A stretch of DNA of 64,000 bases, from contig NC_068992.1 in NCBI RefSeq assembly GCF_001194135.2, positions 9,878,647 through 9,942,646 of the forward strand. Direction: 5' to 3'. Of the stretch, positions 26,363 through 37,399 are shown piece after piece (position 1 is the first letter of the stretch; the number at the start of each line of letters is the position of its first letter). The position numbers and the translations under genes were made by a program. A model generated the notes under the pieces. It was not told where the DNA came from and searched no databases. It worked only from the letters and a program-made list of their open reading frames with translations. This DNA comes from Octopus bimaculoides. Taxonomy: Eukaryota.

Positions 26363-28500
26363 GAGTGTCTATACCCATGCACACATTTATAATGGAAATA
26401 AAATAACCACCATCGAAAGTTGGCCAGTCAAATGAGTGAAACAAGTAAAAGAATAAATAGACACTCCCTAATGAGAATCTTTTGAGATGAGATTAATTCT
26501 TGAAGACATTTTGTAAGAAGAAAAAAAGTGGGAAAAAAATATGTAAAAACAAAAAAGAATAAATGAAATGATTATACATAGGAAAAAAAAATGTAGTTTA
26601 TCTTTAAACAACTAATGGCAAATAAAGAAAATTCTGTTGAAGGAGTTGGAACATTATTTCTACTATTAAAGAAAATAAATTATGCCATTCCTATGCCAAC
26701 CAATGTACAATCTTACACATTTACTCAGTACTTTATAAATGTTTTTCTCTAATGCTTATAATAATTTCTTTCTTAACAATGACTAAGAATGGTGCATATT
26801 GGTAGAGCAGTAGCTCAGTATATTTCTATTACTTATTTTACCAAACACTGCAGAATAAAAAAAAAGAAGTTAAAATCCTCAATATTTAGACAGAAATATG
26901 ACTTGTGAAAGACACAGAACAGTGACAAAAGCAGATCCAAGGATGACAAGCCATGCTGATCACACACACACACACATACAAATAAAATGCAAGAAACAAG
27001 TAGCTATATGTTTGTTGAATGTCTGAACTGTCCAACCTTTGACAGCAACAAAAGAATCAGATGTTGGAATACTTCTGATGATAATGATGTGGAGATTCTC
27101 AACATGAAAGCCTACAGATCACAAGAATGAGATGTGCCATTGTAGTGTGTGGAGTGGACCTACTGTACACTCTCTGTACACTGCTCTCTGATATAAAATA
27201 GCCTTAACCGTGGCATGTGGAGTTGACATGTCTCCCATGCAGGATTTCATTCAATTTTTATTCTTCTCCTCATTTAGTTGCCTTCACTAAACATTTTCAA
27301 TATCAGGAATAATATTAAATGTTCAACAATGCAACCTTTCTCCAAGTTTTTAATCAAGGTATTCATAATTGCTGTTTGAAATGTCTGCCAGTATATTTGC
27401 TTAAGCTTAATTCCATAGATTCTCATACACAGTAAGTGCACTAAAATTGGAACTTATCCTACCAAATACTTGTGCAGAAGTAGTTAACAATACTGCAGAT
27501 GTTAGAAAAGTCACACACCCAAGATATGATTCTCAGAAGATTAGCAATGGGAGCCATTGCTATATTTCTCCCTAAAAAAACGGAAGATATTACAACCATA
27601 TGAGCTTTTTGTCTCAGCGCTTGGTTGATGAATACTTATAATTAACCAGGCCATTTTGACATTACAAATGAGGTTGAAGTGTTATATTTTCTATAAAACA
27701 AAGCCTTTTGTGTTAATCTTTTTTCGAAATTGCTATTCCCAATTTGAAAGAGCAAAGTCTCATTTTGAAATCATCAATATTACTTTGAAGTGGCAAAGTC
27801 TCAAATGGAAGTAAAATCTGCTCACTTAGAATAACAAATACTGTAGTAAGTGTATGTCATCATCATCATCATCATCATCATCCATTTTCCATGCTGGCAT
27901 GGGTTGGACAGTTTGACAGGAGTCAGTGAGAGGGAAGACTGTGCCAAGCTCTAACATATGCTCATGGTTTCTATAGCTGGATGCCCTTCCTGATGCCAGC
28001 TGCTGCTTCACAGAGTGTGGCCTGGATGCTTTCTTTTTCACATGACACTGGCACTTGTGTGGTCACCAAGTAACTCACAAGACAAGATCCATGGCTGAGA
28101 AGGTATAGCGTTGAGGGAGGGGGCTTTATGCTGGGTGATGAAAGGTTAAAGTATGATAGAGGGACAAGTGAAAATAAAAAAAAATTTTTTAAAGAGATAA
28201 TTACCCAATATCTGTTAATGGTGGCTTCTCCCTGCCTCTTCGGTAACAAATGTACATTTCTGAACAACGGATGCTACCATGGTTAAGGTCTGCAAGAAAG
28301 CCAGTTTGCGTTCGCTCAAGACAAACATAACCCTTCGGTTCTTTTTCAGCTAAGGATTTATTGATGACACATATGTCGGTGATTGGATCTTGTTTATGTG
28401 TTGGTTTAATAATGGTTTCATTTGTGGATTCTTCCAGTGGTAAAGGTGTTTCAGGTAGTCCAGCTACCACAAAATAATCGGCAACTCTACGTTCATCCAT
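878..28500 (-). CDS. DENND4A: DENND4-family Rab GEF (DENND4A/B/C ortholog, Drosophila Crag; C-myc promoter-binding protein-like), multi-exon, 3' part runs off the window
   Basis: 13 exons joined by hand with GT-AG sites and matching phases give [15 protein letters not shown]...PLTDIGVLYEGKE...LCYKK...[20 protein letters not shown]...[19 protein letters not shown]...[12 protein letters not shown]...[15 protein letters not shown]...[10 protein letters not shown]...[19 protein letters not shown], collinear with DENND4 MABP/uDENN-cDENN-dDENN as I recall it. Invertebrates have one ortholog, so the A/B/C label is nominal. Confidence 0.95.
1415..1556 (-). CDS. DENND4A: DENND4 coding exon ([29 protein letters not shown]...AASLFDMQG), dDENN
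   Basis: Acceptor tatgttttag, donor G|GTAATT; 142 nt, phase 0 to 1. Confidence 0.94.
2458..2598 (-). CDS. DENND4A: DENND4 coding exon after the gap ([17 protein letters not shown]...[15 protein letters not shown])
   Basis: Acceptor gttcttgtag, donor GAA|GTAAGG; 141 nt, phase 0 to 0. Confidence 0.88.
3108..3927. other. Assembly gap (820 N); other gaps at 4380-4389, 24883-24932, 25902-26064, 48638-48647, 61170-61238
   Basis: Runs of N; the supplied ORFs that span them are artefacts. Confidence 1.
4214..4307 (-). CDS. DENND4A: DENND4 coding exon 10 ([32 protein letters not shown]), cDENN
   Basis: Acceptor ctattatag, donor G|GTAAGT; 94 nt, phase 0 to 1. Confidence 0.95.
4721..4865 (-). CDS. 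DENND4A: DENND4 coding exon 9 ([16 protein letters not shown]...[23 protein letters not shown]), cDENN
   Basis: Acceptor gtcttcattag, donor ACG|GTATGT; 145 nt, phase 2 to 0. Confidence 0.94.
6110..6480 (-). mobile_element. Penelope-like element reverse transcriptase remnant
   Basis: Translation ...[25 protein letters not shown]... then, after frameshifts, EKILLNECPSRP..DDVF (GAT GAT GTG TTT at 6182-6171)...[13 protein letters not shown], matching the PLE RT pattern Q..G..MGSPLS...N...YVDD.F...L..LN. Confidence 0.55.
6646..6701 (-). CDS. DENND4A: DENND4 coding exon 8 ([19 protein letters not shown])
   Basis: Acceptor tctgtttcag, donor AG|GTATGT; 56 nt, phase 0 to 2. Confidence 0.88.
7109..7255. 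mobile_element. piggyBac-type MITE (family A), internally deleted
   Basis: TTAA-CCCTTTTAGCATTT ... AAACGCTAAAGGG-TTAA: TIRs with a TTAA target duplication. Related internal sequence near 7900-8110, 21778-21998, 28620-28790, 32427-32635, 43117-43314. Confidence 0.75.
7388..7454 (-). CDS. DENND4A: DENND4 coding exon 7 ([22 protein letters not shown])
   Basis: Acceptor tttatttcag, donor CAG|GTAATT; 67 nt, phase 2 to 0. Confidence 0.93.
8195..8439 (-). CDS. DENND4A: DENND4 coding exon 6 ([11 protein letters not shown]...[37 protein letters not shown])
   Basis: Acceptor ctattctag, donor AG|GTGAGT; 245 nt, phase 0 to 2. Confidence 0.95.
9805..9974 (-). CDS. DENND4A: DENND4 coding exon 5 ([11 protein letters not shown]...[20 protein letters not shown]...TTCGGEK), uDENN
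   Basis: Acceptor cttattttcag, donor AAA|GTTGGT; 170 nt, phase 1 to 0. Confidence 0.93.
10383..10680 (-). mobile_element. 3' end of an RLE-type non-LTR retrotransposon (HERO/NeSL-like)
   Basis: Open stretch [48 protein letters not shown], resembling the C-terminus I recall for HERO-like elements (SVWRML..LG....LGEAAERASCWLW..RE..W). Confidence 0.65.
12313..12463 (-). mobile_element. SINE 3' part with (GAT)n tail (ggaagggcatccagctgtagaaac family)
   Basis: Reverse complement of the copies at 20335-20482, 26065-26330 and 63035-63215; further copies near 16550-16710(+), 27857-28140(-), 61305-61400(-). The (GAT)n tail suggests an RTE partner. Confidence 0.85.
12688..12757 (-). CDS. DENND4A: DENND4 coding exon 4 ([23 protein letters not shown])
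   Basis: Acceptor tttattttag, donor G|GTTAGT; 70 nt, phase 0 to 1; VYLCYKK motif. Confidence 0.92.
15316..15520. mobile_element. piggyBac-type MITE (family B), inverted relative to 58988-59199
   Basis: Starts ttaacctttttaataccaacctgcc, matching the reverse complement of the right end of the 58988-59199 element; shares attaattgaaaca..ggc. Confidence 0.55.
16359..16415 (-). CDS. DENND4A: DENND4 coding exon 3 ([19 protein letters not shown])
   Basis: Acceptor gattacag, donor ATG|GTAAGA; 57 nt, phase 0 to 0; resembles recalled DENND4 GESPPHTFCKVDKNLN. Confidence 0.9.
18530..18830 (-). mobile_element. Possible Penelope-like GIY-YIG endonuclease remnant
   Basis: Fragmentary translation [17 protein letters not shown]...[14 protein letters not shown]...LIKNLNTTP, reminiscent of PLE C.DC...YIG.SG..L..R..EH; heavily degraded. 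Confidence 0.35.
20335..20482 (+). mobile_element. SINE 3' part with (GAT)n tail, nested in a minus-strand SINE of another family (about 20305-20610)
   Basis: tggcattaggaagggcatccagctgtagaaactctgcc...gttaaacaacgatgatgatg; the flanks match the reverse complement of the 39455-39685 SINE. Confidence 0.85.
21324..21513 (-). CDS. DENND4A: DENND4 coding exon 2 ([16 protein letters not shown]...[10 protein letters not shown]...DICIILTNK), MABP domain
   Basis: Acceptor ttttgcag, donor AAG|GTACAG; 190 nt, phase 2 to 0. Confidence 0.93.
22890..23570 (+). mobile_element. RTE-clade LINE remnant, apurinic-like endonuclease region
   Basis: [19 protein letters not shown]...[12 protein letters not shown]...[33 protein letters not shown] matches RTE/BovB APE (APT...FY..L...GDFNARVG...W.GV.G..GVG..N.NG); frameshifts and stops follow. 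Confidence 0.85.
24380..24453 (+). repeat. 37-bp direct tandem duplication (2 copies)
   Basis: gaatcaggatgtcaccgatgggaaatatacacttcag / gaatcaggatgtcactgatggaaaagatacacttcag. Confidence 0.9.
24823..24975 (+). repeat. Compound (GT)n / gap / (GA)n microsatellite
   Basis: Visible dinucleotide runs either side of 50 N. Confidence 0.9.
26065..26330 (+). mobile_element. Well-preserved SINE 3' part with (GAT)n tail
   Basis: ggtggcacgtaaaagcacccactacactctcggagtggttggcattaggaagggcatccagctg...gttaaacgatgatgatg; near-identical to 63035-63215. Confidence 0.88.
28205..28500 (-). CDS. DENND4A: DENND4 coding exon 1 ([15 protein letters not shown]...KPPLTDIG), start of uDENN/MABP
   Basis: Acceptor tttttttcag immediately before the ATG (28500); donor GG|GTAATT at 28204; 296 nt, ends phase 2. 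Confidence 0.95.
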
Positions 28501-30156
28501 CTGAAAAAAAAAAGAAAAAAAAAGAAAGGGAAAAACATGAGATAAGAATTATGAATTATTTAATTTCAGACAATTCACAGCAAAGAATCTGACTATAAAA
28601 ATATACAAAATCAACCATTCTTTCTTTAGCATTTAGATTATTCAATCAAGTATAAAACATATATTCACAATATTTTGAATTAATTCTGAATTATCTCATG
28701 GTTTCACGATATTGTTTATTTTTAGAATGACATTGTAGGGAATGAGTGAGAAGCTGGATATGGTTGGTTTAGATGCTGAAGAGTCAAAGGACAAATCTCT
28801 AAAACAAATACTAAAAGAAAAGAGAGAAGACAAAAATTAATGATTTCTTACACTGCAACAAGGTAATGCATCTATGAAAGTAGGAGCAAAATCAAGTCAT
28901 TTATTTCCAGTATATTATTTGTACTTATATTTTAATGATGAACATGAGACAAATGCAAAAAGCCAACCCATTTGGTATCTGAACTCAGAACTTAAAAGAA
29001 TGCACAAGTGCACCATTGTACAAGTAATTTGTTATGCATGTACAGAATATCTACATGCACATATTTTTCTACAAAGTAAACCAAATGAACAGAAAACTAG
29101 ATAAATAAACACTAAACTTTAGATGTTTCTTTTCAAGTCAAGAAATATCACCATTATATATCACCATGTTTCAAAAATTTTTTATTGTTTTGTCATGAGT
29201 TTATCCAAAGTATTAAAGAAACTAGTTTGTTTTTTCTTTAATTTAAAAAATATTTTTTAGTCATTAATGCTTCTGAGACAAGGAAATGGTAATAAATAAA
29301 ACCAAGCAGTGTTTATTAGCCTCGTTAAAACCCAGCAAGAGATTAAATTGTATAGGAAAATAGACTATCATTAACTAAAAGGTAGATAACAGTTAATCCC
29401 TAAGAGATTACCTAAAATTGTAGGAGAGCAAGTTTTTCAATAAATTTCCTTTAACACTTTTATAAAATAAAAAAATATATAATCAAAATCAAAACAAATC
29501 ATATAAGCATTTGATAGATTTCAGATTTCATGAGTCATATCTATAAGACACATTTTATTTATCCAGTGTTAAGGCTTCTTAAATTGAAAACACTGAATAA
29601 ATTGATTTCTCTCAGCGTTAATCAAAATCTGTTTTGTTTTTCTATATTCATACTTAAGTGGTAATAGTTGAAGAAATCACCAAAGTTTTATACTATTTTA
29701 TATCCAGTCATTCACTCACCAAAAATCAAATCCCAGAAATAGAGCATGGAACTATAAATCAACAATGTAGCTGTCAGCCTCCAGTTAGTGCATTATTCCT
29801 TCAGTAAATCATTCTTTTTGTTCTTACTTGTACTGCTGCCAAGTGGAATAACAGAGATAGTTGGGAGCAAGGGGGTGGGGGGAAATAGGGTTCAGTGCTT
29901 TAGTATGGAGAGTAAGAACAACAAGGTATTAATGTAGTAAGCTATTAGTCATATTATCCAAAGCTAGTATGCTATCACCATTGCAACTATGTGGTGTGGT
30001 TGGCAAAAACATAATATCCAACTTACTTATCAACAGCACAGACCATCTAGTTGTAAATAAGTGCCACAAAATGGTACAATTCCTTACCATAAATAGTGAA
30101 AGGAAGAATAAGTCTGTTCAATCAGAGTTGTAACTGCACAACAATGAGAAGAGAAT

Positions 30157-30470
30157 ACGGCAGTGTGGTAAGTAGCTTGCTAACCAACCACATGGTTCCA
30201 GGTTCATTCCCACTGCGTGACACCTTGGGCAAGTGTCTTCTATTATAGCCTCGGGCTGACCAAAGCCTTGTGAGTGGATTTGGTAGACGGAAACTGAAAG
30301 AAGCCCGTCGTATATATGTATATATGTGTGTATGCATGTGTATATGTTTGTGTGTCTGTGTTTGTCCCCCCAACATCGCTTGACAACCGATGGTGGTGTG
30401 TTTACGTTCCCATAACTTAGTGGTTCGACAAAGAGACCAACAGAGTAAGTACTAGGCTTCAAAGAATACT
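30157..30470 (+). mobile_element. tRNA-derived CORE-like SINE with internal TA/TG microsatellite
   Basis: gtgtggtaagtagcttgc (A box), caggttcattccc (B box), caccttgggcaagtgtctt (CORE-like); near-identical to the reverse complement of 60250-60660. Confidence 0.88.
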
Positions 30471-30974
30471 TTCCACAGGCTGCAGTGGTATATAGTATCA
30501 CACAGCCTAAGGCCTGCCTTGAACTGTTTTCTATACAAGGCACACACAGTCATCATTACACGCATGCACACACATTCTAGATGATAGACACTGAATCATC
30601 ACAGTGGTTCAAGGCCTTCAATTCGGAAGTACTCATACAGTCACAAGCTGCTACATTTCATTTATCTAAACTAAACACTACAATTTGATGACTAGTGCTC
30701 ATGTAGGTGTCCATGTGTGTGTGTGTGAGGAGGTGGGAGTAACTTATCTATATAAGCTTAATCAATGAGGTCAAGCTTAAAACCCTAAAAAAAAAAATTT
30801 TAAACTAAGATGTGCCCTTACAAGCAAGTATATGACCAACTTTATAATCCAGAATTAAAAAGAAAAGCAAGATTAGCAGAATACATGTAAAGCTGGCCCC
30901 ACCCCTCCACCTTATCTAAAGTGAAACATGAAAATAGCTAAAAATAAAATAGCACTTAATGATAAAAATATCGT

Positions 30975-31161
<187 letters not shown>

Positions 31162-31242
31162 ATAAACCTGAAATATAAAAATTATGAGTTGGCCAGGGAT
31201 CCTTTATGAGGTGGTTAGACTTAAAAAAACAGTCAATGAGAG

Positions 31243-31243
31243 C

Positions 31244-31295
<52 letters not shown>
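31243..31295 (+). repeat. (GA)n microsatellite
   Basis: Directly visible. Confidence 0.95.
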
Positions 31296-34169
31296 TGAAG
31301 TGGTATTATCAGTTAGACTACTGATCAACCATCAGTTCCAAGACCGTGAAATCACTGATATTCCAAACAGTGGATGCAAACTGAAAAGTGTAGCTGAGGT
31401 GGTGATAGTTTGACTGGTGTAGGATTGTAGTGGCCAGAAATAAGTTATTTAATTACTCAATTCAGTAAGGATAAAAGTGTCATTTGTATAGAGAAACTAA
31501 AGTTCATCATGGTCAATAAGAGAGCTATCAATATAAGATAAAAATCCTTTTGTCCTTAAAGAACAAAAGATTGTTGTCAGAAATGACACTGAAATCAAAA
31601 TGTCTAGCATTAACTCCTCCACACCATAAAAATTACCACACATGATGGTTGTATTCCAGTATGGCCATGACTTTTACAGCTTAAAGAATCTAAAGAACAC
31701 AAGGTGCTGCAAAAGAAGGCCTGCTAAGAATATGATGTTGTAAACCAAGACATGGACTTCAGCAGTACACACACACATATGACAGACGTAACATTTTAAC
31801 ATTCACTTTTCCATGCTTGCATGGGTCAGATGAAACTTGCTGAGGCAGATTTTTCTATGACCACATGTTTCTGTTGCTAACCCTCACCTGTTCCCAGACA
31901 AAGTAATATTTCACCTTTGTCCTTCAATTAGGCTGAACATGTTTTTGTAGAAGATTGTAAACAAATGATGTATAAAGAATGACTGTTTCCAATCTCTGCG
32001 TAAATGTTGAGAGAAAAGTAAAACCTCTTACACAAATATATCCATACATGCGCACACACGTATACAATGGGTTTCCTACTCTTTCTGTCTATCAATAAGT
32101 CAACTTACAGCAATAAAAGAACATACCAGCGGTAAGTGCCCACACAGAGGTAACAAACCCGAAACCCCTTGGTTCTGGAGTGAATTTAACCACATGACCA
32201 TGCTGGTGCTTAAATATACATACATGAAAGTGAGATAGCTGTAAAAGCTTGTGAAGAAAGGAGTGAAAATAAAATTTGGGTAAAGAAAAACATTACATTT
32301 TTAATAAAGGTGACCTAGACGACAGGAACATATAAGAACAAACGAGCAGAACTATAACAAAAAATAAATGTAGGATTGTATTAGCTTAAAGTTTAAACTG
32401 AAGTCTTTTTAATTAGAAGAAAGTTTAACCCTATGACATTTAAACTGGCCATAGCTGGCACAAATATTCTACCTGTTTTATGTTCAAACTAACCAGATGC
32501 AGCCTCTTCCCCCCCAAAAAATAAGCAATCACATTATCAAAGTCTTTAAGCTGTACAATAATGCATAATTAGTTGGAAACCATGTGAATGAATGAGCATT
32601 ATGATTAACAGAGTAATCTAAATGTTAACGGGTTACAGAAGGAAAAGAAAATTGAACAAGAAAACTGTTGAGAATTTAGGTGATGAAAAATGGTCTACAA
32701 CACTTAATGTATTTTAACCCTATAAATGTGCCTTTCAGATGCTGACAGAGAGACATGAAAATCCTCTCATGACAACATTTGTATATTTAAAACGGCAATG
32801 ACGTGGCAATGATAAATGCTTCTGCCATGGTTTACATGCTCAAATTAGCTAGTTTGAAAGGTTATGTCGACAGGGTAGTTTAGGAGGAGAAGGATATGCG
32901 GCCTTTTCGGTCCCTAACTTTATTGGATCCTACAACACTTATTTGATTGCAACTGCTATAAATTTTGTGAACTTATACAAAATGATATCCAAAGAGTTCA
33001 AATATGTATGCACAAAGCTGAAATTCTTTTGAAGTTCCTTATGAACCAATTCCTTTGAAGCATTTGGAAAACAACACTTCAGTTTGATGAACAGATGAAA
33101 TTTGAGTGTGATGGATTGAAATTCAAATGCCATTAAAACATACTAGAATGAAATATTTGCATATCTTTGCACATTGTGATTAGAGTGAAGAAATTCTTAA
33201 ATTTATTGATTATATTATGTATTTTTGTATTCAAATTCATTTTTGTTTTGACTTTACTAAAAGTACATAAAAGAGTGTATAGTTTCTATTTTTCTCTCTG
33301 AAATTTAAATAATATCATCAATGATTTTACTTTAGACATTCTGCATATTTAATGCAGTGTAGATTAACGTCGAAGATCATTCCTCGAAGCATTCACAAGA
33401 ACTTGAAACTGAGGAAATGCAAAATTGAAAACAAACAACCAAAAAAAACAAATGGTTGTAAAGGTGATAAGATGCATGGGAGAGAAAAATTTCTCCTTGG
33501 ATATGATGCCAGACAACATTCTCAGAGTGGGTGGATTAAGGCAATAAAAAATAATTAATCTGTCCAAATACTCAAAGAAATGCAAATGACTAAGTCGTTT
33601 GAGCAGTTGGTAGTCCAGTACCGTAACCACCCAGATCATTCCATTTCAGTAGGGAAAGTAAGCCACTAGATTTTGTAATAAAGATTTGCTTATAATATTT
33701 AGTTCAACAAGAGAGAAACAGAAGAAGAATAGTAGCAAAATGTATACAAGCAGGTGTATTGAGAAACTCCAAGTGGATGTATAATTGTGTAGCAATCGGA
33801 CATAAAAGAAAATAATTACAGTACAGTTGTAGCAGAATAAATAGAGAAAAGCCAACAGGAGGCTTGAATTTTCTCAAGCAGAAAGAGAAAGTTTACCGTA
33901 TTCACACTACCCATGATGTCAAACAATTAATCAGTTGGCTCACTCTATTCAGTAGAACATAACCATTTCAAGCCCATAACTACAACCAGGTACAACATGT
34001 GTCAGGGCCACTGTAAAAGAGACCATTGTTTAAAAATCAGGTCTTTAATAGGGCAACAAAGTGAAAGTAATAAATTGAAATTCACACATAGTAGATCTAT
34101 TCAGTGTAGGTGTTTCACTCAATTTTACATACTTTAGTTCCCTCAGTTAAGTAATGTATGTAATAAATT

Positions 34170-34415
34170 AAAAATGCACCCTTTTAAAGCCTAGCCAGGC
34201 TCATGGGCCCGGTTTCAATGGTGTATGTGTTCCACAGCTGGATGGGACGCCAGTCCATCGCAGCGTTACTCATTTTTGCCAGCTGAGTGGACTGGAGCAA
34301 CGTGAAATAAAGTGTTTTGCTCAAGAACACAACGTGTCACCTGGTCCAGGAATCGAAACCACAATCTTACAATCATGATGCTGACACCCTAACCACTAAG
34401 CCACGCACCTCCACA
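34170..34415 (-). mobile_element. tRNA-derived SINE (related degraded copy near 40140-40435)
   Basis: Reverse complement begins gtggaggtgcgtggcttagtggttagggtg (A box)...ggtttcgattcctggacc (B box), followed by ttgttcttgagcaaaacacttta-like CORE segment. Confidence 0.75.
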
Positions 34416-35465
34416 AGTAATGTATGTACCAGATCTTTAGTAAATTTCAATCCATTATAAGATCTATACAATGGAATGAGAATTAAACTTCAAAGCTCTA
34501 AAACATATTTTGCATTTACATTACTAAATAAAAATGGTTAAGTTTATAAGGTTTTTGATGACCAGATAATGGCTCATTAGATGAGCTTTATTTGGCCTGC
34601 AACACTGATTGTAAATTCTATTTTAATCAAGTCATGTAGCTGACAATGTAGCAAGTATTTTTGGGACTTATTGGTCTTCTCTTCAAGACATGGTGTTATC
34701 AATGAAGTGGCTTGTTAAAAGTACTCAGCAAAAATTTAACCTCAGTATCATTATTCAACAGCAAAGCTAAATAGGTTTCAAGCATCAAACATACTCACAC
34801 ATACCAAACCACTTTTATTATCATACTGTATGGTATTTCAAATAATTTGATTTCACAACTTCTTGTGTCGTTAATTTCTGCAGTGGTATGGGCTTTAAGA
34901 GGATAGTTGCTGATACAGAACCTAACTCTCCCAAAGAAGAATACATGTTTAATGGGAGAGAGAGAGAGAGGGGGGTGGATGGGATGAGAGCACAGAACGC
35001 AATACCAAGCTAATGGGAAAATCATCAAGGTTACACACTTGCCGCCATACAGCTGTGAACTGTAGGACCCTTCAGCACTAGAAGCTGGTCTCAAATACTC
35101 AGTGCTCAAGTGTTTAGTGTTTTTGCCACATGCAGATAAACCAATGCCTGTAATAGGGGACCAAAGGCCAACTTCTTAGTTGTTTCTTTGGTATCACACA
35201 CACACTAGTATGTAGAACATAAATTTAGTACACTAACTTTTATTTATGTTTAAAACAATCTTGTAGTATATTTACTTAGTAATAAAGAAATGTCACCAAA
35301 CTTCTGAACTAAATGTCTTTCAATATTTATTTACTTTTCTCTATCTCCTAAATTCAAGCCTTGCCGTGTCTACTTTCCATCACTTTTGCATAGATAACAA
35401 GATGTACCAGTAAGACAGCAAAGAGCACACAATTGTGACTTTGTGCTACTGTTAAAAATAAATGA

Positions 35466-35820
35466 CTGGGTTCTCATTCCTAAGGTATTTTTTAATATTA
35501 TTATTGTTATTATTATTACTATTATTCAGGTTACTGCCTGGAATCGAACTCAAAATCTTGGGGTTAGTAGCCTGTGCTCTGAACTATGTCATATGCCCAT
35601 GGGCAATTATGGAGTGAATTTTTAGGGCTTATAAATCAAATATTTTCCTATCCTTCCTTAGGAATGAGAACCTAGGTTCAAAATTTCCCCAAGACACCTG
35701 ATGAAGGCTGGAGAGTACATCAGCCAAAACGCTGTGATAACAACAAACAAGATGAGGACAAATATCTATCAAATGTAAATAATGTACATAATTCCTCATC
35801 TCTTAAATATAGAACTGTAC
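35466..35820. mobile_element. Rearranged tRNA-headed element with a Penelope-type hammerhead-like motif
   Basis: Minus-strand tRNA-like head 35525-35598 (B box GAGTTCGATTCC) then (AAT)n; 17-bp perfect inverted repeat 35469-35485 / 35656-35672; plus-strand gacac-CTGATGAA-ggctg-loop-cagcc-AAAAC-gct-gtg at 35693-35738. Confidence 0.6.
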
Positions 35821-37399
35821 TTTTATCACTTTTATTATAATAATTACAGAATTTCCAAATACCGTAATCAGAACTCAGAAGAATATTTGCTTATAAAAAA
35901 TCAAGTCCAGCTACATTTGTTGAGGTCATCAACATCTTAACATATGCTTTTTTTCCATGTTGAACATTACCATGCCTGCTATAGACAGTTACTATGGCAG
36001 CCAAACAAGTTTCTTTAACACAAGACAGTATGGCAAGCGGATTTGGAATTAATATTAATTTATATACAAATAACAGATGACTAATGGACAAAAAAGAGAA
36101 AACAAAAAAAAGAGGAAAAAAATTCTTTTTTTCCATCCATCCATTCAGATACAGCCTCAAAAGTAAAAATTAAAATTTTCCCAGAGCCAAACACTTGTAT
36201 TGATCCATATAAAAATCTACTTCAACCCACAATAATTTGACTTGCTACTTTGTAAGAAGACACTGATTTTAAACATGGAAAAGATAGAAATAGATAAATA
36301 TCAAATGAAATAATGAGAACGATGGTGGTGATAAATTGTGGTGATAATGATGAAGAAGACGACACTGAAGACTCAGAAAATAGAAAGAGGCTGAAGGAAA
36401 AAAGAAAAGACAAAGATGAAAACAAATATTTCTTTGCATCTTTGCATCTCAATTTTCCTCCTTCTGCCAACATTTTGAAAATCATTCTCTAAGTTTTAGT
36501 TTCAGAAAAATTGATTAGGAAGCATTTTAATGAAAGCTAACACTTGTGGCTATCTTTCATTCAGATACACATATGCACATACATATGCATGCGCAAATGC
36601 ATGTTCACGCCCACAGGCATGTGTGTGTGTGTGTGACATAATTGATTTTCCAATTTATGGAGCTGTTGTCATGTCAACGGCTTATTTGCCTCTGCTTTCC
36701 CAATGTAAACATATATTACACATAATAGAGACAGGTGGTAGGTAATTAATCATGGTGAACAATGGTTTTGATGTAGTAAGCAAGTCTGCATTGGTTGAAT
36801 ACTGATAAACTAGGGAAAAGAAACCCCCCCCCCCCGACATCAACCAAGCCTTACTACTATACAACAATGTTTCCATAAATTTCTCGACAGGTAATAAATA
36901 TATATCGAACAATCAAGATGGGTGATTCATGTCAATTATGTATACACACAACATTCACTTCATGCTTGACTTGCCAACAGCTACTGAATTATGGTCCCCA
37001 AGTAAGGTGCATTACTTTTATTTGCCATGATTTTTTAAAGTAAAAAATAGGTGCTGCCACTTGGGCTTAAGAAATACTCAGTTCATAGAAAGTGGGTGTC
37101 TGACATTTTAGATTATAGCAAAAAAGAAGCCAACGAGGGGGGAGTCTACAGGGTCATTCTAATAGAAATTTTTCATGCTAGAAATAGCAGCCAAAGAACT
37201 CCCACCTCAAGTCATACTCTACAACCTAAAAAAATAGATGGGATGGTCTTGGCTAGAATGCCTTTTATGTCAAGTCTGCTTCATCAGGGCAAACACAGGA
37301 TCAAATAATAACACTCACACAAAGAAGTCTAATTCTCATTTAATCCAATGGAAGACAATGTTACTTCATATACGCCAACAGATAGCTGCATTTTAATAC

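Noticed and set aside
32860-32940. Short GC-richer island that looked like an exon or promoter
   Set aside because: No splice-site pair, recognisable protein motif or structure that I can support.
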